From Terriglobia bacterium (GTDB lineage: Bacteria; Acidobacteriota; Terriglobia; Terriglobales; Acidobacteriaceae), in assembly GCA_041494805.1 (NCBI GenBank), contig JBGQBN010000009.1:1-32000 (forward strand): 32,000 bases of DNA, given 5' to 3'. Position numbers and translations under genes: made by a program. Each line of letters starts with the position of its first letter. Positions within the stretch are counted from its first letter, which is position 1. Under the pieces are notes generated by a model. The model had not been told where the DNA came from, made no database searches, and saw only the letters and a program-made list of their open reading frames with translations. Shown here piece by piece: positions 1 to 8,900 of the stretch.

Positions 1-1
1 C

Positions 2-1129
2 CTCATGCTCGGTGATGGCGCAGGTGGACTCGGCTCGCCGACTCTCGTACCTGCCGGAAGATTGACTACGGGTGTGACCGCCGGTGACTTCAACCACGAT
101 GGCAAGCTGGACCTGGCGGTGACCAACCAGGCCGACAACAACGTAACTGTGCTGCTGGGCAACGGCGACGGCAGCTTCACCTTTTCCGCCAACTACCCCA
201 TTATCCCACCGGGTGTCGGCGGCCAAGCTACGCCGATCTACGTGGCAGCGGCCGACTTCACCGGCGACGGCAATCTCGACCTGGTCGTGGCCAATGCGAA
301 TAATCGGGTCGGTGGCTTCGGCGTCCCTAACTTGAATCTCGGCATGCGGTTCCTGCAGGGGAACAGCGACGGCACTTTCCAGGCGGCGCAGGGCTTCATT
401 GCGGGCCTGGCCTCGAATACCTTGGCCATAGCGGACCTCAACCGAGACGGAGCTTCCGACGTAGTGGTGAGCGAGAACAACGGAATCGAGGCCTTGCTGA
501 CCGTGCTGCTGAACACCGGCGGGACCTTCGTGAAACTCACCAGTTCGGTCAATCCCTCCGACTTCGGCCAGCCCGTAAAATTCACCGCGACTGTGAATGC
601 CAGTGTCGGCGGCTCTCCTTCCCCTACGGGCAGCGTCATCTTTAAGGACGGCACAACTGTGCTGGGTACGGTCCCGCTCACTTCCGGGAGCGCTGCTCTT
701 ACTACCTCTACATTGGCTGCCGGCACCCACAGCATCACCGCCAGCTACTCTGGCGACAGCAACTTCAACCGTCACACTGCTGGTCCGCTTAGCCAGGTGG
801 TGTCTGCGGTCAGCCTGAAGCCCCTGAAGCTGAACTTCGGCAACCAGAAAGTAGGCACCACGAGCCGACCGAAGAAGACGACCTTGACCAACAACGGAAG
901 CGCCGCCATCACCATCAGCAGTATCGCCCTCGGTGGTCCCAACCCTGGCGACTTCACCGAGGTCAGCAACTGTCCCATCAGTCCCAACACGCTGGGGGCG
1001 GGGATAAGTTGTTCGATTAAGGTGACCTTCAAACCCGCCGCCACGGGCAGCCGCAAAGCAATGGTAGAGGTCACCGACGATGCCGGCGGCAGTCCACAAA
1101 AGGTCGCGCTGACCGGCAACGGAACCTGA
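2..1129 (+). CDS. Secreted FG-GAP/VCBS-repeat protein with Ig-like and choice-of-anchor-D-like C-terminal modules (5' end cut by window edge)
   Basis: The frame is open to the window edge. It has repeated FG-GAP-type motifs (DFNHDGKLDLAV, DFTGDGNLDLVV, DLNRDGASDVVV). An Ig-like segment follows (FTATV..GSVIFKDG..HSITASYSGDSNF). The C-terminal module (LNFGNQKVGTTS..TLTNNG..ITISSI..GDF..C..C.IKVTFKP) resembles choice-of-anchor D domains. The stop is at 1127-1129. Confidence 0.8.
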   Translation, partial: LMLGDGAGGLGSPTLVPAGRLTTGVTAGDFNHDGKLDLAVTNQADNNVTVLLGNGDGSFTFSANYPIIPPGVGGQATPIYVAAADFTGDGNLDLVVANANNRVGGFGVPNLNLGMRFLQGNSDGTFQAAQGFIAGLASNTLAIADLNRDGASDVVVSENNGIEALLTVLLNTGGTFVKLTSSVNPSDFGQPVKFTATVNASVGGSPSPTGSVIFKDGTTVLGTVPLTSGSAALTTSTLAAGTHSITASYSGDSNFNRHTAGPLSQVVSAVSLKPLKLNFGNQKVGTTSRPKKTTLTNNGSAAITISSIALGGPNPGDFTEVSNCPISPNTLGAGISCSIKVTFKPAATGSRKAMVEVTDDAGGSPQKVALTGNGT

Positions 1130-1162
1130 AATCAACCTGGCCGAAGCAAGTAGCGTCACTCC

Positions 1163-1199
1163 GGGGAAGCCACAGCAGCGGGCTTCCCCCTGCGTTTTG
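1163..1199 (+). terminator. Candidate intrinsic terminator after the FG-GAP gene
   Basis: GGGGAAGCC (1163-1171) pairs with GGCTTCCCC (1181-1189) around a 9-nt loop. The stem is followed by CTGCGTTTTGC, a partial U-tract. Confidence 0.5.
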
Positions 1200-1261
1200 C
1201 GGTCTCGCCAAGCCGCCTTGTGGGCAATCGGATAAAATTCCAAGGCGGTCGGTGGAGCAGC

Positions 1262-1948
1262 ATGGCCAATGACCAGGAAAAGCAAGCAGCGGCGCGAGCC
1301 AGCCTGCGCTTCGTCCGCGAAGGATGCATCGTAGGACTGGGGACTGGATCGACCGCTGCTTATGCCGTTCGCTTTCTTGCCGAGCGGGTGCAAGCCGGGC
1401 TGAAGATTCGCGGCATTCCAACTTCAGTCCCCACCAAAGAATTGGCCGGGGGTCTGGGAATTCCGCTGGCTACACTCGATGAATTTCCGCAGATTGACGT
1501 GACCATCGACGGTGCCGACGAAATCGATCCTGAACTGCGGCTCATCAAAGGAGGCGGCGGCGCGCTGTTACGGGAAAAGATCGTCGCTTCAGCCTCGCGG
1601 CAGCTGGTGATCATCGCCGATTCCACGAAACAGGTCTCCATGCTGGGGAAATTTCCGCTGCCAGTCGAGGTGATTCCGTTCGCACTGAGACTCGCAGAGA
1701 AAAAGATCTCAGCGTTGGGAGCCTCGGTTAGCCTGCGCACGGATTCAGCCGGCAAGCCGTTCATCACCGACGAAGGCCATCACATCCTGGATTGCAACTT
1801 TGGGCAAATTCCAGATCCGCCGGAACTGGCCCGCGAACTGAAAGCCGTGCCCGGGGTGGTCGAGCACGGATTGTTTATTGGCATGGCGGATGTAGTGCTT
1901 GTCGGAAGGGGCGACAAAGTCCTGGAGTTGCGGCGCCGGGTGGTCTAG
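1262..1948 (+). CDS. rpiA: Ribose-5-phosphate isomerase A
   Basis: RpiA signatures are present: GLGTGSTA, DGADEID, IKGGGGALLREK, and a length of about 228 aa. I prefer the ATG at 1262, preceded by GGTGGAG, over the upstream alternative start at 1220. Confidence 0.93.
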   Translation: MANDQEKQAAARASLRFVREGCIVGLGTGSTAAYAVRFLAERVQAGLKIRGIPTSVPTKELAGGLGIPLATLDEFPQIDVTIDGADEIDPELRLIKGGGGALLREKIVASASRQLVIIADSTKQVSMLGKFPLPVEVIPFALRLAEKKISALGASVSLRTDSAGKPFITDEGHHILDCNFGQIPDPPELARELKAVPGVVEHGLFIGMADVVLVGRGDKVLELRRRVV

Positions 1949-3209
1949 GCAGCAATCTCCCGCAACGCAGACAATAGCCGGTCCACCTCTTCCGCCGTGT
2001 TGTAGTGGGCCAGGCCGATCCGCAAAAAGCCGCCATCTTTCTCCACATCAAGGCGCTCAGTGAGGTTCAGTGCATAATAGTTGCCGTCCCAGGTGAAGAA
2101 GCCGCGCTCACCCAGCTTGGTCGCAAGCTCGAGCGGCGTCTGTCGCGCAATGCGCACCGCGACAGTCGGGCAGCGCTGGTCGAATCGCTTCGGATCGCTG
2201 ATGCCATAGAGCTTCAGCCCACGAACCGCCAACAATCCGCGAATCAAGCGCTCCGCCAGTGCGCGCTCGTGTTGCTGAATGGCGCCATAGGCCGCGAGCA
2301 AGGCCGCTCGTCGAGTAGATACCGTCCCATCCACCCTGCGCCCAAGATCGGCCAAGTAGTCCACGCAGGCGGTGATCCCGGCAATGCACTCGTGGTTGAG
2401 CGTGCCCCACTCCCAGCGGTTGGGAATGGCGTCAGTATTGGCGCGCACCTTGTAAGGATGTAGGAGCTTCAAGTGTTTGCGCTTGCCATAGAGCACGCCA
2501 TGTGCGGCCCAAAAAACTTGTAGGTCGAGCAAACCAGGAAATCGCAATCGAGAGCGCGAACGTCAATCGGGCCGTGGGGCGCGTAGTGAACGGCGTCAAT
2601 ATACGCCATCGCGCCACTCGCATGAGCGAGGCGTACAACTTCTTTCACATCGTTGATCGTGCCCACCGCGTTCGAGGCATAACCAACCGCGACCAGGCTG
2701 GTGTGGCCTGTGATTTTGCGCGCCAGATCGTTCATGTCGAGAGTGCAGTCCTCTTCATTGATCTCCACAAAGCGAACGCTGGCGCCGGTCTCCTCTAGCG
2801 CACGCCACGGTGAAATGTTGGCGTCATGATCGAGGTGCGTGACCACGATTTCGTTGCCTGGACCGAATTCGCGGCCGATGGCGCGGCTGATAGCAAAGGT
2901 CAGCGAGGTCATGTTGGGGCCGAACACGACTTCGTCGGGATCGCAGCCGAGAAAGTCCGCCATAGCGGCACGCGCCGCATCAATCGTGGCATTGGTTTGG
3001 TAGCTGGTGGCGTAAGCTCCATTGGTGTTAGCGTTGGAATTCTTCAGATAATCGCTAACCGCATCAATCACCCTCTGCGGCACTTGAGTCCCGCCTGGAC
3101 CATCGAGGAACACCGCAGGCTGCCGGTTGACAGTCTGCGTGAGGGAGGGGAATTGGGAGCGAACCCAGGCAAGGTCGAGTGTAGTCATTTCCTTTTGCGT
3201 GGTAAGCAT
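1945..3209 (-). pseudogene. Class-V aminotransferase / cysteine desulfurase-like protein, split by a -1 frameshift
   Basis: ORFs 2469..3209 and 1945..2547 are the N- and C-terminal parts of one PLP enzyme. The first ends ..DFLVCSTYKFFGPHMACSMASANT*. The second frame continues ..HGVLYGKRKHLKLLHPYKVRA.., which is the expected continuation FFGPH-x-GVLYGK. One base appears to be missing near 2497-2503, five residues after the putative PLP lysine (YKF). Start is 3209 or 3188. Confidence 0.8.
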
Positions 3210-3230
3210 GAATTGCTAATTACCGTTGCT

Positions 3231-3257
3231 GTAGAGACGTAGCTTGCTACGTCTCTC
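3231..3257. repeat. Palindromic intergenic element GTAGAGACGTAGCTTGCTACGTCTCT, copy 1
   Basis: AGAGACGTAGC (3233-3243) and GCTACGTCTCT (3246-3256) form an 11-bp inverted repeat. A near-identical copy lies at 21967-21992. It overlaps the last codons and stop (gag acg tag) of the homoserine dehydrogenase gene. Confidence 0.7.
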
Positions 3258-4266
3258 CCGCCACCGCCCGAATGAAATCCGCCAACATGCCGTACGCCGT
3301 GGCCTGCGGCCCAGGATCGTTTTCTACGATCCCCAAACCAGGAAACATATCCGTTTCAAAATACACGACTGAGGACGTTCCCGCGACCCAGGCCAGAGGA
3401 TCGCTCAACGGCACCTGCGCGGGCCGCACGCTGGCAGTAACGCCTCGTTCAGTGCGCCGTGCGCGGCACACCAGCTTGTAAGGCGTGCCGGCAGCGCGAG
3501 CAGCACGCGCCATTTCACCAGTAATGCTGGCAATACCTTCGCGCTCGACGGCATCCAAAGGGATACGCACGCCCATCAATACCGTGACCAAAGCAGCGAC
3601 TTTCACGGCCGCATCCCAGCCTTCGATATCGTGGCTGGGATCGGTTTCAGCGACGCCTATCTGCTGGGCCTGCCGGAGCGAATCATCGAAGCTGAGGCCC
3701 GCCTCCATGCCGCCGAGGATGACATTGGTCGTCGAGTTCAGGATGCCGCGAAACCCGTGCAGTTCGATAGCCGGAAGGTTGTCGCGGAACAAGCAGAAAA
3801 TAGGGACACCGTCCATCACCGTGGATTCGAACAAAAAGCGCCGGCCTTTCGCGGCTGCCAGCGAGTGCAGTTCATCATAAGCGTGGACGATCGGCCCCTT
3901 GTTGGCGGTAATAGCGTGCGCCCCCATTTCAAGCGCCGCGCGGATGTGATCGATCGCCGGCTGTCCGGTCTGAGGAGTAAGCGATGTAGCTTCGAAGAGC
4001 ACGTCCGCGCGCGCTGCGTTTAACCATTCCCGCACTGAGTGTGGCGCGGGCTCCCCCGCCCGCGTCTTGCAATTGTTCCCAGAGACCAAGGCGGCAGAAT
4101 CCAGCCCCTCAGCATCTGCTATCCATCCCAGCCGCCGTGCGGCAACACCGGTAATTCGCCACGCGATACCGCGTTCCTGCAGCTGCCGCTCCTTCTCCTG
4201 TAACAAGCGGACGAGCATCCGATTAACGTTGCCGAAGCCGAGCAGGCAGAGATTATGAGTGCGAAT
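3247..4266 (-). CDS. hom: Homoserine dehydrogenase (no ACT domain); start proposed at ATT 4266
   Basis: The catalytic-domain motifs GILNSTTNVILGGM and AETDPSHDIEGWDAAVKVAALV are present. The Rossmann motif LLGFGNVNR is encoded in frame upstream of the first ATG (4218). See the start-codon finding. The gene call is firm; the start is uncertain. Confidence 0.85.
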   Translation of the reverse strand: MRTHNLCLLGFGNVNRMLVRLLQEKERQLQERGIAWRITGVAARRLGWIADAEGLDSAALVSGNNCKTRAGEPAPHSVREWLNAARADVLFEATSLTPQTGQPAIDHIRAALEMGAHAITANKGPIVHAYDELHSLAAAKGRRFLFESTVMDGVPIFCLFRDNLPAIELHGFRGILNSTTNVILGGMEAGLSFDDSLRQAQQIGVAETDPSHDIEGWDAAVKVAALVTVLMGVRIPLDAVEREGIASITGEMARAARAAGTPYKLVCRARRTERGVTASVRPAQVPLSDPLAWVAGTSSVVYFETDMFPGLGIVENDPGPQATAYGMLADFIRAVAGET

Positions 4267-4348
4267 GTAGGTCTCCTCGAAGTGGGTTCCACAGTAGGTC
4301 TCTGAGCAGGATGCCGAGCACCATGCGGCGGAACGCCGGCGCTCCCGG

Positions 4349-4747
4349 TCATCCCATCATGGTTGTATGTTCGGGCTGGATTTTGTACATGACCCGAACC
4401 TCGCTCGCCTGCCGGTAGGGATACTTATCCACACCCAGGTACTTCTTCGCCATTTTGTCGATGTGGGCATCCGCGCCCTGCTCGGTGATTTCGACGACTC
4501 GGCCGCGGATTTCGAGATAGCGGTAAGGATTCTCCGGGTCCATGATCGCCAGGGCCACGCGTGGATCGCGACGCAGGTTGCGGTCTTTCTGCCGGCCTTT
4601 GGCAGAATTGATGATCACGTAGTCGCCCTCGAGGTCGCACCACACAGGTGTCACCTGCGGACGCCCGTCGGGCATGACCGTGCCAAGGCTGGCAAAAGCA
4701 CGCTTGCTGAACAGATCGCGATACTTGTCGGGGATAGCCTGGGACAT
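4349..4747 (-). CDS. Pyridoxamine 5'-phosphate oxidase family protein (PPOX-class, possibly F420/FMN-dependent)
   Basis: It is 132 aa with a PPOX-fold pattern (FASLGTVMPDGRPQVTPVW, RNLRRDPRVALAI, YLEIRGRV). The SD AGGAGG lies 5 nt upstream of the ATG at 4747. Confidence 0.85.
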   Translation of the reverse strand: MSQAIPDKYRDLFSKRAFASLGTVMPDGRPQVTPVWCDLEGDYVIINSAKGRQKDRNLRRDPRVALAIMDPENPYRYLEIRGRVVEITEQGADAHIDKMAKKYLGVDKYPYRQASEVRVMYKIQPEHTTMMG

Positions 4748-4863
4748 GGATTCCTCCTAAATGCCGAAATGAATGACCAACGGGAAGCAAACCCACATTA
4801 TAGACGTGCGCCACCAGCAGGCGGCAGGCCGATCTGGAATCGCAGCTTCTGTTGCGGCATCCG

Positions 4864-4878
4864 AACATTTAGAATGTT
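4864..4878 (+). promoter_or_regulatory. Palindrome AACATT-TAG-AATGTT overlapping a TAGAAT -10-like hexamer, upstream of the DUF62 gene
   Basis: A perfect 6+6 inverted repeat spans 4864-4878, and TAGAAT sits at 4870-4875. It lies in the 160-nt divergent region between the PPOX (-) and DUF62 (+) genes. No good -35 was seen. Confidence 0.3.
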
Positions 4879-4908
4879 GTACCTTACTGAAGTTCAATAG
4901 ACTTGGTT

Positions 4909-5838
4909 ATGCCTCACACCGGTTCAGGCAGGTGGCACGTGCTGTGGTTCGTCGTGGCCGAGATGTTGCTAGCCCTCCTCGCTGGCATGCCGGCCGCGTC
5001 GCAAGCGCAGGATCCACAACCCAAAGCTCCGCCCACCATCGTCTTCATGACGGACTTCGGCACGGTGGACGACTCGGTCGCCCTTTGCAAGGGTGTAATG
5101 TATTCGGTCGCTCCCGATCTTCGCATCGTGGATCTCACCCATCAGGTCACGCCGTTTTCCATTCTCGACGGCGCACGCTTTCTCTATGGAGCCACTCCCT
5201 ACTATCCCGCTGGAACGGTGTTTGTGGTGGTCGTGGACCCGGGCGTAGGCAGCACGCGCAAGGCGGTGGTGGTGAAGTCCAAGCGGGGACAGTATTTCGT
5301 GCTCCCGGACAATGGGCTTATGACGTTGGTGGAGGATCGCGATGGAATCGAGGGTGTCCACGAGGTTACGAATCGCGACTGGATGATCGGCGCGGCGCTC
5401 TCTTCCACCTTTCACGGGCGTGACATTTTTTCGCCGGTGGGCGCGCATCTGGCGCGCGGCGAAGACTGGACGCAAGTCGGTCCGGAACTCAAGCAACTGG
5501 TACGATTGAAGCTGGCGGCGTCCAAGCTGGACGAGCGCGGGTTGGGCGGCGAAGTGATCGCGACCGATGGTCCCTTTGGCAATCTGGTCACGAATATCAG
5601 CGGGGATGACTTCTTGAAGCTGGGCTACGGTCATGGGCAACACGTGCATGTCGCCATCGGCAAGACGGAAATGAATATTCCATTTGTCCGCACCTTCAGT
5701 GACGTGCAGCTGAAGAAGCCGCTGCTCTACATCGATTCTCGCGGGCACCTGGGATTGGCCGTGAATCAGGGAAGCTTTGCCGCCATCTACGGGATCAAGC
5801 CGCCAGTGGCGATTTTCATTACGCGGGCAGGAAACTAA
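4909..5838 (+). CDS. SAM hydroxide adenosyltransferase / SAM-dependent halogenase family protein (DUF62) with a predicted N-terminal signal peptide
   Basis: Family motifs are IVFMTDFGTVDDSVALCKGVMYSV, VVVDPGVGS, LPDNGL, TFHGRDIFSPVGAHLA, FGNLVTNI and YIDSRGHLGLAVNQGS. The N-terminus MPHTGSGRWHVLWFVVAEMLLALLAGMPAASQA-QD looks Sec-type. The ATG at 4909 is preferred; alternatives are TTG 4903, ATG 4963 and ATG 4987. Confidence 0.85.
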   Translation: MPHTGSGRWHVLWFVVAEMLLALLAGMPAASQAQDPQPKAPPTIVFMTDFGTVDDSVALCKGVMYSVAPDLRIVDLTHQVTPFSILDGARFLYGATPYYPAGTVFVVVVDPGVGSTRKAVVVKSKRGQYFVLPDNGLMTLVEDRDGIEGVHEVTNRDWMIGAALSSTFHGRDIFSPVGAHLARGEDWTQVGPELKQLVRLKLAASKLDERGLGGEVIATDGPFGNLVTNISGDDFLKLGYGHGQHVHVAIGKTEMNIPFVRTFSDVQLKKPLLYIDSRGHLGLAVNQGSFAAIYGIKPPVAIFITRAGN

Positions 5839-5914
5839 AAGGAATCTCGCGCTGAAGCTGGGACATCTGTACTGCATCCCACCCGCGTCAAAGCTTTCAA
5901 CGAGGAGGACCAAC

Positions 5915-8900
5915 ATGAGCAGCCTGCAGCAACTTTCAGCCCGCAGTACCAACGGCCTCAGACGTCTGATTATCGCCGCCATGCTCCTGCTCCTGCCCTG
6001 TCTTGTTGTAGGGCAAAGCTTCCGCGGCTCGATTCGGGGAAAGGTGGTCGACCCGGCCGGCAGCCTGATTGCCCGCGCGAAGGTCACGGCGAAGAGCAGC
6101 GAGACCGGGCTCGTCCGCACAACCGTCACTGGTAGCGACGGCGCTTACGTTCTGGCCGAATTGCCCGCAGGCCTGTACACCGTAATTGCCGAAGCACCCA
6201 GCCTGTCACCAACCGCACAAAATGTTGTCGTCAATGTGGGCCTGGACACCACAGCGGACTTCGACCTGACCAAAGTGGAAAAAAGGCTGGAGCAGATCAC
6301 CGTGACTGGCGCCGCTCCGCTCGTGGAGGCCACGCGTGACGTGCTGGGCGAGGTCGTCGACCAGAGACTGGTAAGCCAACTGCCGCTGAATGGCCGCGAT
6401 TTTGGCAAACTGGTCGCCCTCGTGCCCGGCGCCACGGTTGAGCCTTCGGGAGTGGCCGGAACCCAGTTCGGCTTCGGACAGTTCAATATCAACGGGAACC
6501 GCGACCGCTCCAACAACTACAGCGTGGACGGCACCGACAACAACGATCCGTACTTCAACAACTCCGCGCTCAACCAGGTGGGCATCACCGGCGCGCCCGC
6601 GTCACTGCTGCCCATTGACGCCATCCAGGAATTCAATCTGCAGTCGCAGTTCGGCGCCGAATATGGCCGCAACACCGGCTCGGTGGTAAACATCCTGACC
6701 CGCTCCGGCACCAACCAGTTGCACGGTTCAGCCTTCGGGTTCTTCCGCAACTCCGCTCTGGACGCCCGCAACTTCTTCAATACGGAGGCGCGCAAGACCT
6801 CTTTCCAGAATAGCCAGTTCGGAGGTTCACTCGGCGGACCGATTGTGAAGGACAAGACGTTCTTCTTCGGCGCCTATGAAGGCCAGCGCGAGCGCGTGGG
6901 TTCGGACTTCATCCTGGGCGTGCCAACCCCGGCACAGCGCGCCGCGGCCCGGCAAGTGGCCTTGGCCAATGGCCTGACCGCCATCAACCCGGCATTGGAC
7001 GCAATCCTCGACTTCTACCCGGTCAGCAACACGGGTACGTTTGCCGGCGTCGTGCGGGACAAGAACGACATGGACAGCTTCATCGTCAAGGTGGACCACA
7101 ACTTCACCAATACCGAGCAACTTTCCGGCAGGTATGCTTTTGCCCGCAGTGAGCAGGTATTTCCACTAGGCTCGGCCGGCGGTTTCGGCGATGGCTCGCG
7201 CTTGCCCCAGTTCGCGCAGACTTCACCCGCCCGCGTGCAGGTAGTTTCCTTGAGCCTCCTTTCCAGCCTGAGCTCCACTCGCATCAACGAAGTGCGCTTT
7301 GGATACAGCCGGTATCGCACATCATTCAGTTCGCTGGACGCCAACTTCGATCCCTCGACTCTGGGCATTGATTTTGGCAACGGGAAGCTGGGCCTCCCGG
7401 AGATTGACTTCTCAGTCCCCGAACTGGAGAACCTGGGTGCGCAAGGATTCAGTATTCCACGTGGCCGCACCAGCCAGACCTACCAGATTTTGGATAACTT
7501 CACCTGGCTGCATGGCCGGCACACCATCAAGTTCGGCGGTGAGTATCGCCGTGCCGCCATCGAAAACTTCAATGACAACCTGGAGCGTGGCATTTTTTCC
7601 TTCAGCCCTTCCGGGCTTGATCCGGACCCTGTCGTGGACACTCTCGCCAATTTCTATCTAGGCGGACCAAATTTTGATGCTTTCATCCTCGCCCTCACCG
7701 GCGACACCAACCGCACGACCTACAACAATGGTCTGAGCTTTTTTGTTCAGGATGACATTCGCCTGCGCCCGAACTTCACCCTGAATCTTGGCCTACGCTG
7801 GGAATACTTCGGTCCTGTGAGCGAGAAGAACAATCTGCTTTCGAACCTCGCTTCCGACGGCACCCTCGCTATGGTGGGCACGCATGGTCTGGACGGCATC
7901 TACGAACGCGACCTGAACAACTTCGGCCCACGTGTGGGATTTGCCTGGAACGTGCACCCGAAGACCGTAGTGCGAGGCGCCTACGGCTTGTACTACGACT
8001 ATGTTCCGCAGCATCTGATGCTGGCGAATTTCACACCGTCGGCGGGCGTGGCCACCAACCCGATTGGTCCCCAGCCCGTGTTGCCGCTGTTTTATGACGA
8101 GAACGCGTTCAACGGCTCGGTACCGGGACCTGTTCTCTCGCCCGGCGGACCTCCATTCAACATCTTCGTAACGCCCCGCGATTTCCCCGCGCCCTACGTG
8201 CAGAACTGGAACTTCAACGTACAGCAGGAACTGACACCCGCTGCAGCGTTTGAAGTCGGTTACGTCGGCAGCAAGGGCACCCGCTTGGTGCGTCTATACG
8301 ACCAGAACCAGCCGGACGCCAACTTCAATTTCCCCAATCCCAACTTCGGCAACGTGCACACGCTCGCGCCCATCTCCTCTTCCACATACCACGCTCTGCA
8401 GACCACGTTTAAGCTACAAGGCTGGGGCGGATTCTCCGGTTTCACTTCCTACACCTGGTCGAAGTCGCTGGACGATGCTTCCGATGGCATAGATTTCACT
8501 GCCGGCGCGGCTTTCCCGCAGGACTCAACCAACTTGCAGGCCGAACACGGCGCCTCCACCTTCGACACCCGGCACCGTTTCACGGCTGCAATTAACTATC
8601 GGGTACCCACGTGGGGCGGCGTGCCCAAGCGGCTGGGGGATGGCTGGCAACTCAACTGGATTGTGACTGCGCAGAGCGGACGGCCCATCCCCATTATCAC
8701 GTCTGATGACACCACTGGACGCTTCTATTTCAATCAGCGGCCTAACGTAGTGCCAGGTGTGAATCCCGTGCTGCCAAACTGGAATCCATTCACCGGCTAT
8801 CTGAACCCGGCCGCATTCTCGCAGCCGGCGTTCGGCACATTCGGCGATTTGGGACGCAACTCGATCTACGGCCCCAACTACTGGAATTTTGACTTCTCCG

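Noticed and set aside
4119-4352. 77-aa ORF upstream of hom that might have supplied a missing N-terminus via a frameshift
   Set aside because: The translation is not protein-like. The Rossmann motif is in the same frame as hom, so no frameshift is needed; a non-canonical ATT start explains it.
5777-5914. Upstream extension of the first TonB receptor ORF
   Set aside because: It overlaps the DUF62 gene end. The signal peptide and the GAGGAGG SD support the ATG at 5915.
4969-6129. 386-aa ORF on the - strand
   Set aside because: It is antisense to the DUF62 gene and the start of the TonB receptor. The composition is R-rich shadow-ORF type with no homology features.
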